The translations under genes and the position numbers were made by a program. The notes under the pieces are model-generated. The model was given only the letters and a program-made list of their open reading frames with translations. It had not been told where the DNA came from and searched no databases. From Adineta vaga (Eukaryota; Animalia; Rotifera), in contig CP075493.1 of assembly GCA_021613535.1 (NCBI GenBank), forward strand, positions 11,904,001-11,968,000: a DNA stretch of 64,000 nucleotides, given 5' to 3'. Below are positions 26,271 through 38,520 of the stretch, in pieces (position 1 is the first letter of the stretch; every line of letters starts with the position of its first letter).

Positions 26271-27854
26271 ATGGCGTCACCGTCATCTACCTTTGAAATG
26301 TTGTCCGATGAAATTCTCATGATTATTTTTCAATATTCTGGTAATGTTACTTCCATATTTCGTACGTTTTCTCGTCTAAATCAACGTCTAAGTAGAATTC
26401 TTGTTGATCGACGTTTACATCTTCTTACTGACTTTTTACGTATCAACATTCGAAAAAGTACATTCAGTTATTATTACGATACTTCAATATTTCAAATATT
26501 GTCACAACAATTATTCTCTTTACAAGACAATAATTACGAATATCAAATCGATCAATGCTTTCAACAATTAGTCGCATTTCATATTCAAGAAAAAACTCGT
26601 CAACTCGAAGATCAGTTTCGATTGGATCGAGAGCAATTTCATTCAATACGCAGTAATTTGACCAAGGAAGAAATTCACTTTCGAGATGCAGTATTGAAGA
26701 GAACTTTCAACGATTTAGACTCGCATTCAATCAATTTCGAAATTCTTCAAAAACTCGAAAATCTTACTGTAGGTACTGGTGCTCGTCTCGAATGTCTTGA
26801 CAATGGCTTTGCGGTGTACAACCTATCTACAGCTCTCAAGCAACATCTTTTAACTCATCTGTATACCGTTGGATATCCGAATCGATCCTGTCTTTATTCA
26901 TTTAAGAGATTACTTAAAGCATTGATCGTTTCCAATCCAAATCTAATCCATAATAAAGACTCTTGGAATTATCCTATGTATTCTGATCTCATCTGTGCAG
27001 TTTTTCAATTTCGCTATTCCAGTACTCCGAGATTAATGACAAGTAGTATGGAAAAGTATGAAACGATGTTAGAATTATTACTCTTTATCATTCAATATCT
27101 GAGACGAATTTCTGATACGCAATTGTGGACAAGTCATTGTGATGAGAATAGTTTATATTTGATTACTTCCATCAATAATAAGGGAGATGAGAATATTCTA
27201 ATTCAATGTAGTCAAATGGAAGTATTTAAAATATTATTTCATGAAATAACTCGAAATGACTTACCATTAGACTATTATTCGAATTCTATTGTAGAAAAAG
27301 CATTGAAGAGCGCAATACTCGATAAAAGAATTGATATTATCAAATATTTTTTTCATGAAACTAGTTTCATGCAAAAGTTTCTCTCTCAATCAGAATATTG
27401 CTATAATTTGCTTAATACAATAATTGGAACTCGAAGCACACGAAAAATGTTTGATAATTTTTTATACGATAAATCCCTTCAACCATGGACAACAATGACA
27501 ACAATGATTTTTATTCTTGTGGAAAAGAAAGAATGTAAATGGATCAAAAAATTATTTCGATTATATCCAACACTGATTGATCGAATGGATGACGATGGTA
27601 ATCATCCATTACTTTATGTCTGTCTGAAAGCAAATGGTTGTCGACATCGTCTGATTGAACTCTTAATTAGTATGGGAAGTGATTTACAGAAACGAAATAA
27701 ACACGGCGAACATTTCATTCAAGCTATTCAATTGAAAAGAAATAGACAATTACTGAAAAAATTAATTGAACATGAACTTATTGAAAGAGAAAACAAAGAT
27801 GGACAGCTTCAAGTAGTTCTTAACAAACAGTTACATGATTCCAAGCAAACTTAG
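26271..27854 (+). CDS. F-box-like / ankyrin-repeat protein, intronless
   Basis: N-terminal FEMLSDEILMIIFQY..FRTFSRLNQRLSRIL. C-terminal ankyrin-like DDDGNHPLLYVC..LIELLISMGSDLQKRNKHGE. ATG at 26271. Confidence 0.7.
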   Translation: MASPSSTFEMLSDEILMIIFQYSGNVTSIFRTFSRLNQRLSRILVDRRLHLLTDFLRINIRKSTFSYYYDTSIFQILSQQLFSLQDNNYEYQIDQCFQQLVAFHIQEKTRQLEDQFRLDREQFHSIRSNLTKEEIHFRDAVLKRTFNDLDSHSINFEILQKLENLTVGTGARLECLDNGFAVYNLSTALKQHLLTHLYTVGYPNRSCLYSFKRLLKALIVSNPNLIHNKDSWNYPMYSDLICAVFQFRYSSTPRLMTSSMEKYETMLELLLFIIQYLRRISDTQLWTSHCDENSLYLITSINNKGDENILIQCSQMEVFKILFHEITRNDLPLDYYSNSIVEKALKSAILDKRIDIIKYFFHETSFMQKFLSQSEYCYNLLNTIIGTRSTRKMFDNFLYDKSLQPWTTMTTMIFILVEKKECKWIKKLFRLYPTLIDRMDDDGNHPLLYVCLKANGCRHRLIELLISMGSDLQKRNKHGEHFIQAIQLKRNRQLLKKLIEHELIERENKDGQLQVVLNKQLHDSKQT

Positions 27855-27952
27855 GATATCGTATCATATCTACATTATTAATTTATATTGTTTTTAAGAT
27901 ATATATATATATATATATTTGATAAAAAATAGTAAACAGAACACACATTCAG

Positions 27953-30214
27953 TTAAAGAGCAGCAACTCCTACATAGGTTGCTAAAACAAATACAGAATC
28001 AGACTTTTGAACAACAGTTAAATGGACATTGAATAAACATGTATAATCAAGAAATGAAAATTCATTGACTTTTACAGATGGATAATTACATTGACATGAT
28101 GCATGATTAAATCCTTGAGTGACTTCAGCTAATTTCTCGATATTGACACGATAATAACAGATGGGATTTCCCTGTGATATGGTTTGTTGTAATAATCTAG
28201 CAAATTTGGGTAATGGAGCTTGAGAGCGCGATGACGGTGGTTCATCAGGTAATCGTTCCACAGTCAATTGATGTGTATTAAAATCGAAGATTAGATGATT
28301 GTAAACATGAATAATATCACGAACTTGTTTGATATCAGAATGAAACAACGGACAGTTACAATATTGTTCAATAAAATGATCTTTTGCTAATAACATTCGA
28401 AAGATATTACAACCAGATTCATGCTTTATCTGCTCTAGCAAATGTTCACGATAATCTAAAGTTGGATCTCGTGTGCATGGCAATCCATCATTCCAATCGT
28501 CCTCATTATCGCTATCATCTTCATCTGTACTGATAGAATAATTATTCATATCCATTTGTAAACATCTGTCAACAATATGCTCATTATCATCATACACGGC
28601 ATTTTTTCGTTGATAAGATAGAATCTGTTCTTCAGTTATAGATCCATCATAATCCATTTCAGAATCTGAGTCACATTGATCGACTATTTTAATATGAAAC
28701 TTTGATAATAGATCTTGTCCAATAAATTGTGATTGATGTCGATTTGTCATATATGTTCGATCAACACTATGATCTAAATCAATCATTGGTTCTCGCTTAT
28801 TTTCATCTTTTTGTTTAACACGATATAATGAACCATAACAATTTCGATTATAGAATGTATCTGCTAAGAGTTGTTCCATATTAACTTCACAAGTTTGTTG
28901 AGTATTTCGATCATATCGAACAGTATATGTTTGAGAATCTTTGCTGTGTCCTAGTAGAAAGAAAGCATAGACAGCTGCAACACGACAACATGCATTGACA
29001 TGTTGATAGAAGAAATCAGCATCCGAAAAACGAAATAATGTCTGACAACCATATTGTGTATGAATTTTTGGTATAAATTTCGTTTGTTTTGGATCTGTAT
29101 CCAATTGTTGTACTTGTTGAGCTTGCCAAATGAGTTGTAATGATTGAAATTGTGGATAAGCAAATACTAAATTTCTAATATCTTGTTCATGAACATATCC
29201 AAAAATATGAAGCCAAATTTCCGACGGCAATCGATCAATTAATACTTCTTCTTCTTCGACAATTGTTTGTTTTACTTTGGATTGAAGTAAACGTGGATAA
29301 CAATATCGAATCGATAATGATCGTTCATACAGTGCTCCACTATCCAGTGATTTGTCTAATTCTCTTTGTTGTGCTTCACGAAAGAAATTCAAACATGCAA
29401 AATAATCTTCTTCTTCTTCTGCACAAACTGCAAAACCTAATGCTTTTTCTTCTCGTTTAACAATAACATCACTTCGAAGAACAAAGCGTTCTGCATCGAT
29501 TCCTTGTGGTGCCACAGCTTCATGTAAAAGATTATGTGTAAATAGAATAGCATAACCTTTCTTTGGTTGAATGGTAACACATTCATATCCATTTTGTAAT
29601 CCACCATAAGCATTGATTTCTTCTTGTATTGTTAATCCTTTCGTATCTAATGTTGGCGTTTGTTTTGGAAAGTAGAATTTAGTTTGACCATGCTCATAAT
29701 TATCATTGAGATAAATAATCAAACTAAACAATGATCGTTCGTCACCACTGGGAGCATATTGTGCATCTTTATGTGGTGAAAAATGTTGATTGGTTTGATA
29801 TTTATTTAGTCGCATAGCAGGATTGACACCACTCAATTTCCATTGACCTTGAACATTGAAACCTAATGGTCTTGTATTCGTGATTAGTTTTGTTAATTTA
29901 TTATTGAATTTCAATCGTCGCCAAAGTGTACGAGCCAATCGATCATCCATAACTATTAATCTTGCACTATTTCGTGTTTGAATATCATATTTTTCGACCA
30001 TATCCTCATATGCTTGATGATGAACATGTGAAAGAATGTCATCACATTCATCAGAAGTAAGTAGCGTACCTAATTCAATTAGAACCATATCATCTTGTTG
30101 TTTCATTTTATTCAACTGAATACCATTGGGAATTTTTGTTGGCACATTATAACTTGTTAAGAGTGATGTAGTAATACCGACATCAGTAGTACCGAGAAAA
30201 TGATGGCGAGACAT
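27953..30214 (-). CDS. 2OG-Fe(II) dioxygenase (prolyl-4-hydroxylase-like) fused to an internal F-box and an unknown C-terminal domain, intronless, 753 aa
   Basis: LLTSDECDDI..NPAMRLNKY..FSPHKD (HxD)..SLIIYLND..GQTKF..PKKGYAILF.HNLLHEA (distal His)..RFVLRSD (2OG Arg). F-box at about aa 325-360: IDRLPSEIWLHIFGYVHEQDIRNLVFAYPQF. Confidence 0.85.
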   Translation of the reverse strand: MSRHHFLGTTDVGITTSLLTSYNVPTKIPNGIQLNKMKQQDDMVLIELGTLLTSDECDDILSHVHHQAYEDMVEKYDIQTRNSARLIVMDDRLARTLWRRLKFNNKLTKLITNTRPLGFNVQGQWKLSGVNPAMRLNKYQTNQHFSPHKDAQYAPSGDERSLFSLIIYLNDNYEHGQTKFYFPKQTPTLDTKGLTIQEEINAYGGLQNGYECVTIQPKKGYAILFTHNLLHEAVAPQGIDAERFVLRSDVIVKREEKALGFAVCAEEEEDYFACLNFFREAQQRELDKSLDSGALYERSLSIRYCYPRLLQSKVKQTIVEEEEVLIDRLPSEIWLHIFGYVHEQDIRNLVFAYPQFQSLQLIWQAQQVQQLDTDPKQTKFIPKIHTQYGCQTLFRFSDADFFYQHVNACCRVAAVYAFFLLGHSKDSQTYTVRYDRNTQQTCEVNMEQLLADTFYNRNCYGSLYRVKQKDENKREPMIDLDHSVDRTYMTNRHQSQFIGQDLLSKFHIKIVDQCDSDSEMDYDGSITEEQILSYQRKNAVYDDNEHIVDRCLQMDMNNYSISTDEDDSDNEDDWNDGLPCTRDPTLDYREHLLEQIKHESGCNIFRMLLAKDHFIEQYCNCPLFHSDIKQVRDIIHVYNHLIFDFNTHQLTVERLPDEPPSSRSQAPLPKFARLLQQTISQGNPICYYRVNIEKLAEVTQGFNHASCQCNYPSVKVNEFSFLDYTCLFNVHLTVVQKSDSVFVLATYVGVAAL

Positions 30215-30839
30215 AGTTTTGGTTTGAAAATCAACGTTATATTTGTTTTTCTTATGCTTGATTCTTCACTTATGTATAGTGAGTCATTACAAAAAAAAAC
30301 TAAATCATTCAATAGAAACCTCGATAGATGGAAGTACGTGTAAGCGACTACAGTTATTCATATAGATTATCGAAATTGTAGAAATATTTATTAGTTAGTT
30401 TTGAAATGACATCACTATAGGCAAACGAGTCAATTTAAATAGAAAAATAACATTGATGCTATGTGCATAACCTTGTCAGTGTTAATGGTAAACACATCGC
30501 TTGCGGTGAACAGCATGAATTAACCACACAAACGGAACTATTTGATGCACATGTATATGTAACATTGTTGCATGGTTCTAAAAGTGAACATAGAATACCG
30601 GGTGCACAGTAGCTACTATTATCAAATCTTCGATAGGCAAAGCAAGGTGTTAGCAATAAATTTGAGATGACACAATTAGTCGGGTTTGCATTGCATTGTG
30701 TTAAAGAACAATTGGATGTTAGGTGCCCTGCACTATGAGATAATGAAAATAATGTCAGTTGTACGACAACATCAGTTTCATTACAAAAGTAATTAATTGC
30801 TGGTGTGGTTAGACCTAGAATAAATGAATATATTTTACA

Positions 30840-31611
30840 AACAAATTATTAGGTGCTATTCTCGATGAAAACTTGGTTTCTTGCAGAGTTTTTTGTGTAA
30901 TGTGTTTACTAGCCGTAATTAAATTTTTTCTCGAACGCCACATATTGAAAATATCAGTCAGACTAAACGGCACGAAATATTTAATTTCATCAATATCTTG
31001 ATTGTATATTTTTTAATATATTTATTATAATCATAAATACAACGTGTTTCACATTTTATATCGAAGTATGTGGTATGTTGATGTTAATACTCAAAAACTT
31101 GTGAAGATCTGAATGATTACAAATTTATTAATCATATTTTAAGAAGATCGTCACTATTATTTCAATTTAGCTGTATCATCTCATAAATACTATTCATATA
31201 CACGCAAGTCAATTTACGAAGTAAGGACAAATATAAGCATGTGAGGTTTTTTCACTGATTGGTTACACTCATCCTGATGATGCCAACCATATTGTGACCT
31301 TTGTCTAGACCTAGGAAAGCACCAAGGAAAGTTTGGTGATCTTAGCTATTACAGGGACTGAATGGCTACCGAACAGGCAGATAAACATACTACTCTACAT
31401 GTAGAGATATTGGGAAATTTTTCTGTAAGTCAACAATGGTACAACAGATTGAGCTCATCTTCGAACTTGACCGAGATATTGATGAGATGATTCTGTGTAC
31501 AAAATTTCAGTACAATCGGATGTAGTTGTGACGAGTTATCGTGTAAACGGATGGCCGGGCGGACACACTAACCGATTCTAGTAGTGTACTCACTTTTTGA
31601 GTACACAAAAA
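30840..31611 (+). mobile_element. Helentron-associated / DINE-1-like non-autonomous element (5' boundary approximate; interrupted by the Helitron candidate)
   Basis: Core ctcatcttcgaacttgaccgagatattgatgag..aaatttcagtacaatcggatg..gagttatcgtg, then a degenerate (GGAC)n tract. A perfect 9-bp stem-loop gtgtactca-ctttt-tgagtacac (31584-31606) and an A-run follow. Confidence 0.6.
30909..31407 (-). mobile_element. Candidate non-autonomous Helitron (~500 bp)
   Basis: On the minus strand it reads A|TC...CTAG|T (plus strand a30908|ctag ... ga31407|t). The 5' end has palindromic ctctacatgtagag followed by a degenerate (TGTC/TGTT) microsatellite. The 3' hairpin is not clearly intact. Confidence 0.5.
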
Positions 31612-33134
31612 CAACATCTTCAGATTTTTATTCACCTGATGTCGTGCTGCTTGTGCTTGTGCTTGAGGTTGAGGTTGAACTTGTTGAACTGGTTGATGTT
31701 GTTGTTGTAGTAGTTGTAGTACATGCGAGGGCACATACATGTGAGGTCATCCGCCCTCAGACGTTGGTGTCGTCTCAGAAAATCACTTGCTGTACTCATC
31801 TTCAAAGCAGTTCCTAACATAATGAAAGCGTAGATATACTGTTTAAATGACACTACAATTCATACATTGACATACCTTGTTTAGCAATTAAGTCATCAAA
31901 AACATAACACTTTACCAATATGGAAATCAAAAACGAAAGTTGCCAAGTCTTCTATATTTCAAAACAATAATTATACGAGTAAAAATATCAGTTGATTAAA
32001 GATTATCGAAATAATTCATGTACCTTACATCAGTTTTGTGTATTTGTTTTATTGACAACTAGTACTATATCGTTTTACATGTTAGGTTTGTAGTCTTTGG
32101 AATCACGGGATCATGTTCTCTCCATTTTTCTGGGATTCGAATTCGTAGAAGCTTTTTTTCTCAGAATTTTAATCATAGTCTGACAAAACAGTGAATGTTT
32201 TAAACATTACTTTTTTTTCTTTCTGATATACAATTCAATAGAGTCAGAGTACATAAGTCTTTCTTTCCAAATGAAATCTACTTATAGATCAGTAAGATAA
32301 AACTATATCTATAATGCTTACTTTTAACATGGTTGCGATGATTATCTGCTTTTGGATTGATTAAAAAATTCAGTTATAATGCAGCGAATTAACCTTGTGC
32401 GCACAAAATCCTGAGTGTTTGTTTTATCAATGCAACATGAAACTGCGCAGAATTGAAGAAAAGAAAAGAGTGATTTGTTTTAGTTGAAGATAAAAATGTT
32501 GTGAAGTGTAGTCTGTCTATAAACAAATAAAGTGGTCATGATTTTTTTGCGGCAAATTTTTGCTGATTTCTATCGTTTCAAACTGTTTTATTTTCAAAAA
32601 ACTGTAATCATACATGTATGTAATTGAAAAAATTAAATTAAAAATATAAATAAAGTTGTAACGACAATATGTATAAGTGGTATAATTGGTAGTAGAATCG
32701 AGCTCACCAAGAATTACTAAAATAATAATACACTATATATGCATTATTCTAACTTCGATGAAGAAAACTAAACACAAGACTAGAGAGATGCGTCACAAAT
32801 TGCTACCTTTAAAACAATATTCGTTTATTTATAAAAATCGAGAGAAACGAGTAATCAATGAAAAACGTTGTGTTTAAATCAGAAGAAAGCCAGTGGAAAT
32901 TATACCACATTTCTATCATGAAGTATAGGAATGGTCGTTTGAATATACTAACTTTTACTTACATTTAACATCGTCTTGATTGATTACCTTTGCCACATCA
33001 AATGACTCCCAATGATCATAAAGATTTTATTGATGAAAAAGAAAAAAAATGTAGGTATTACAATCGAATATTAACACGAATCGACTAGGATAAAAAATAG
33101 GGTGTAGAAAATACTAAAAGAGCAAAGAAAAATT

Positions 33135-34907
33135 CTATCGATTCTTCATACTGTTCATTATAGGACGTGCGATGTTTGAGTTACAACCACCTATCCATAG
33201 TAATATTTGTCGTTCATTGATTAATTTAAAAATAAAATTTTTCAAATGAGTATGTTTTTGTAACCATTCATTCAATTCAGCATCACTATCGAAATAACAC
33301 GATTGAATATGACTAGTAAGACATTGTAAACACCTTAGATTTTCAATCAGTACTTCGAAATCTTCTTCATTGTATAGATAACAATTCAATAAATGTTCAA
33401 GACATGGAAATAATGAACAAAATTTCATCCGAAATTTACTGGGTAAATATTGACGTTTCATATCGAGCCAACGTATTTGTGGACATACAAGATTATTCAA
33501 TTGACATAGATGATTGGAAAATGATGATATGGTCAAGCGAGTAAGACGAGGTGCCATATTAAGAAGTTGAGTAAATGCAAATGATGTCATAGTACACGTT
33601 GTATTCAATTTCAGATGTACTAATGTTGAAAAATTACTCATATATCGTTCGATTTCAATCAGATCTGAGATAACATAACATTCCTCAGTATTACTCTCAT
33701 GTTGCAATGTTAATGATTCGATGTTGGAGGCACGATATAATGGTTGACCGAATGATTCATTGTGCGATAAATTGATCACGAGTGTTCTACTTGATATTAG
33801 CTGTTGTTTACAATTGATATTCGGCAATATATCGAATGACATTACACCAATGATAAATGATTGATATCGTTGTTGATTATTTGTCCAAGATGTTGTTTGA
33901 AAGGTTTTAAGAAGATCCTTTATTACAACCAAATCAAGTGAAGCGTTGAGATCAATCTTAAGAAAAGAATTATAATCAAAGATGCGTAGAAATCAAATTT
34001 GACATACTCTTAAACGAAAGACTTTCAACTGAGGTAAGAACTGATCAATTAATGATTGCCACCAATTACCATCGAACCATTGGTAACTATCCGTTTGATT
34101 GCGTTCGATATGAATATTTAAATAGATTAAATTCGAACATGATTGAATAATTTGTTTAATTTCATCTCGAAGACCAAAACAAATTTTGATAGTTAAATGA
34201 GTTAATGAGTAAGGAACATACAGCTTTGAAGTAAGATCAGTATCAAAAGATGTTGTATTCAAACTGATAGTAAGTTTTTGTATGTTTGGTATAAAATTGA
34301 AAATAAATGGAAAATTATCTATTGTTCTTAAATGAAATTGAAATTTATGAACTTGTTCAGCAATAGGTAAGATTTTTAAATTAAAGCGAATATTCAATGA
34401 TTCTTTGTTTAAAATGAGTGTACGTAAAGTTGGTAGTCGAAACATATTTGCGAGTTTATCATCGAATTGTTGAATAGGAACCAATTCGAAAGCATAAAGT
34501 GGCCAATGTATGAAATCAATAGAAAGAGTATGAAGGGATTCCATTTGAGATAATCCAGGAAATTCTTCAAAATTTCGTATATGAAGACATTCAAGTCGAA
34601 TAAATTGTTGTTCGAATCTGGGAAAACGAGTAAAAAAGAGAGCTGTTTGACCAGGTGTTTCTTCATCGTCGGATAATGTCAATGCCAAAATTTGATCTGG
34701 ACGAATAATTTTACATATTTGATCGAATTCATTTTTAGATATGGACGTAAAATTGATTTTATACTTTTGATAACTTCGTATACATTGTCTTAAATATCGA
34801 CTGAAATTATAAAATGAATAAAGAATTTCACTGGCTGTGAAATATTTAAATACATCGAAAATGATTTCCACTGGAAATTGATCAAGAAGAAGTTGAAACT
34901 TGGACAT
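33135..34907 (-). CDS. F-box / degenerate LRR protein (two exons)
   Basis: ATG at 34907; LDQFPVEIIFDVFKYFTASEILYSFYNF F-box; LxxLxL repeats (PNIQKLTI, SLTHLTI, PRLTRLTI). A 51-nt GT-AG intron at 33957-34007 joins the two ORFs in frame. Confidence 0.8.
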
Positions 34908-35299
34908 GATAAGAAATCTATAACCTCTATACGACGCACATAGAATACAATGAAGAAGGAGAAAAACAACGTGGCTTTTTTTCTTCTTCTCTATCAACAC
35001 ACAGAACGAAAGAGAAAAGAATATCTATCTCGTTCTGTTTCTGTTGATCTTTGGTATAATGTGGAAGTCTCATATCCTGGAAAATAAAAACATTTTCTTG
35101 TCTTCGTACTATACTCATATCCGATAAGACAGAAAAAAACGACATAAACTCGTCCTATTGTTAATCCATTTCGATAATGAAGAGAAAAAAAACATATTTT
35201 TGATCAAGTGAGTTCATACAATTCTAATAACAACTATAGCGCAGAGGTATGATAGATAAGAGTTAATACTCTAATATATTGTTTTTCCTATGAGTAAGC

Positions 35300-35623
35300 G
35301 TGATGTATGCCATTTTCTTGGTCATAATTCAGCTTCGACATCCATGTAGGAAACTATCAATCTAACTAAGCAAGTCGATCCTCTTCTTCTTGATAGTCAA
35401 ACAATTAAATATAATCTTACAGCCGTCTGGTAATAGCAGTAGTCAAATTGAACCAGTAGTTGCGGCTGATCGACGAAATGTCTCATCATTACTTGCACAA
35501 GAAACAACTGGATTTGTTCTTGTTGGTGATCGATCAGCGACACTTCTTGTTACACTAACACGATTTATAGGAACGAAGAATAATGGAAATGTTGACAATA
35601 TTAATTTCTATTTGTATCAATAA
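35300..35623 (+). pseudogene. C-terminal fragment of a beta-sandwich (carbohydrate-binding-like) protein gene
   Basis: IEPVVAADRRNVSSLLAQETTGFVLVGDRSATLLVTLTRFIGTKNNGNVDNINFYLYQ* reads as coding sequence. The upstream part is disrupted. Confidence 0.35.
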
Positions 35624-36796
35624 ACATGTAAATTATTTTATAATTTAGTTATGAACACACAGTATCCCTTTCATTCTAAAATAAAGTATGTTTTCCATTA
35701 GTACTATATTTTTCATCTCGACAGCATAATCACTGTTTTTCTTCGTTTCAAGTACCATTTATCTGTCCTGGTATTATGAGAAAAAAAGCAAAAAGAGTAG
35801 TTCGAATGGGTGTATTTATTGTTATATATAAGTTTTTATCAATGCTTGAAGTTAAGACTATAGATCATTTCTATTTTGCACAATAAATTCATGGTTATTT
35901 TTCATCTTTTTTCCATATAGAATAAATTTGTGACTGAGACGTATTTTTCTTGAATGACCAATAAACATAGCCAATCTTACTACACTAATCAAGTATTCAA
36001 AGCAGAATTTATTATGCGCAGACTGTGTGAACAACATTAGTTGCCCATTGCGAAACAAGGAATTATATATAACTCTATGTTATTATTATTGTTATTTTGT
36101 ATTATTATAGTGAGTTTAAGTCTGACGGGTACAGCCGTGTTTGAAAATACAAATGGTACACCAGGGGATTTACTAGATCAGTTGGTCCTTGGTTACAATC
36201 TTGACAAGCTATTTTTGACAGTCATCTTTTAAATTTATTCGTCATCGCTCGATAGTAATTTCTGTCTTATGACAAGATATTATAATGAGTCACTGATACC
36301 TGCCACAATATTTGGTAGTACATGTGGAACAAGTATGTTGCAAATGGGAGAAGCTGTTTCTTTTTGTATGGATTCATCAGCTGGTAATGACGAAAGTAAG
36401 ACTTCTTTTCTTAAATAAAACAAGATACATAATCTATTCTTTGCCGCGAACTATAATCGTGGTAATTATCTTTCAATGACTACCAACGCGCTCTACATTG
36501 CATATATGAGAATTAGATGACAGTATCTTGGTGTCAGCCATATTATTCTTATTATCGTTCATATAGGCGATTGTAATGGTATGGCTGGTATACGACAGTA
36601 TTTCTCCTTAATGTTCCAACAACTGTTACTATGAATAATGATGAAAAATCGAATTCAAAGATTTACACTCAGTTAATTCACAACTACAAAACGCATATTA
36701 TTTATTCAAGCAAATTTCAGAACCACTACTTATTTTTTGTTCTCTATAATACTATAAAAAGTATTTGTGTCAATATCAGATTTTATCCGCATACTA

Positions 36797-38520
36797 TCAT
36801 GTTCCATTGTTTGGTGGTCGTTTCGGAGGATGAATACCAAGAGATTCGAGACTAATCGGTTCGAGTCCAAGCGATTTTAATGCATTTTTCTCTTGCATAT
36901 TTTTCTTGACTTCTTCATACTAAAATATAAAACAGGAAATGGACATATGTATGTTTTTTGTAAAAAATTTTCATGACTAACTTTGTCATCAACTTCAAAT
37001 AGACTGGGTCGAGATGAATCATTAAAGAACGTTTTATACGATTGTTTTTGTTTGGTTTCATGTTCTTTACGTTGTTGTTCACATTGTTCAATTTGTTGTT
37101 GTGCAGCAACATTTGTTGGATTAATTTTAAGAACGGCTTCAAAATCTTGAATTGCTTTTTCAAAATTAGAAAATAAAAAATGACATTGACCACGACGAAA
37201 AAGACATTTTTCATTCTTTGCATCTAAAGCTAATGTTTCATCACATGCAGTTTTACATTGTAGATGATCATTTAATTTCATATAACATAATGCTATATTT
37301 GAATGTGCAGCAATTTGAACTTGTCGTGATTTAACTCTATCATCTTTATCTGGAAATGTAACTGATGAGAGAAGATGTGACACGATTTGATATCGTTTGA
37401 TTGCAAGTTCATAATGACCTTTCTTTGATTACAAAAACAAACAAACAAATCAATTTAATGAGAGATGGATAAAAAAAAGGGAAGATTCATCTTACTTTGA
37501 CAAGATCATCAGCACGTGCTTTTAATAGTTCAGCTCGTTCAAATTTTCGTTTATTAGTTAATAATTCTTCTGATTCCATCTAGAAAATGAATGTTAAATA
37601 AATCATTATGTTTCTTATACTTACACGTTCGAAATTAATCAATGTTAGTTCATATTGAATTGATTCATCAGGTGAAATAGACACTTTATCCAAACCTTCT
37701 AATGCTTTTCCTTTGAGTATGAATTGACATTTTTCATTACGAAGCATTTTGTAAATAATACGTTCGATACTAAAATTCAATTCGAACAAATAAAGAACAA
37801 TCGTTTTTGTCTCGCTCTTTACCCTAAAGGAATTTGTTGAAGAAAACCTAATCCAACAACGAATTGTACTGTTCGTTCATCGAATATTTTGCCTTGATAA
37901 GTTCCTTTCAAATGAATTTCTACTGTTGAATCTTCATTGGGTAATTCACGTCCTTCACCACGACGTATAATTCGTCGAATAATACTTCCATCTTTTTCAT
38001 CACTAATATCTTTTCCTGTAAAAAAAATTCATCCCAAAAAACACGTTATCAAACAAAGGTGTAGTTGATTTTACCAACAAAATCTAATAATTCAATTTCA
38101 AAGATTACACTTGTAGCTGAACGATATTTTTTCTCTCCTTTGACACCATAAGCATATTTTGGTTTAGCAAAAAATCGAGCAATTTCTCCACGTTTCATTG
38201 TTGCTGCGCCCAGATCCCAAGCTGGTATAACTTCATTTTTACCCAAACTAAAACTAACTTTTTCATCTCGATCTCGACTATTACTAAAAACTTTTCCATC
38301 TAATTCACTTCCAACATAATGAATTGTCACTTGATCATCATACAATGGTTTATCATCACCACTACCTTGACGAACAATTTGCTTAATTAAACCTTAAATA
38401 TGAAGAGAAATGAAGAATATACTATTCAAAAGAACTTTATATACCTTCATCTTCGTCTGGAGAAATATCTTCGCCTTGAAACGGAGCATTTTCTTCTTCT
38501 GCTGCTTGTATTTTTGTCAT
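36797..38520 (-). CDS. FKBP4: FKBP4/FKBP5-like peptidyl-prolyl isomerase (two FKBP domains + TPR), multi-exon
   Basis: ATG at 38520, then GEDISPDEDEGLIKQIVRQG..VTIHYVG..FSLGKNEVIPAWD..MKRGE..PKYAYG..FEIELLDF. The second FKBP domain has DGSIIRRIIRRGEG..VEIHLKG. The TPR region has SNIALCYMK..NEKCLFRRGQ. Stop at 36797; canonical short introns. Confidence 0.88.

Larger units (their letters stand above)
30459..31950 (-). pseudogene. Degenerate extracellular protein gene: Thr/Ser-rich linker exon plus Cys-rich terminal exon
   Basis: An exon ending ~31636 encodes CALACTTTTTTTSTSSTSST... The terminal exon (~30814-30459) encodes YCAPGILCSLLEPCNN..CVVNSCCSPQAMCLP*. Upstream exons contain stops. The intron carries transposon-like DNA. 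Confidence 0.45.

Noticed and set aside
36070-36600. Possible NHL-repeat relic (also 40540-41020)
   Set aside because: Only scattered half-motifs across frames; not enough for a call.
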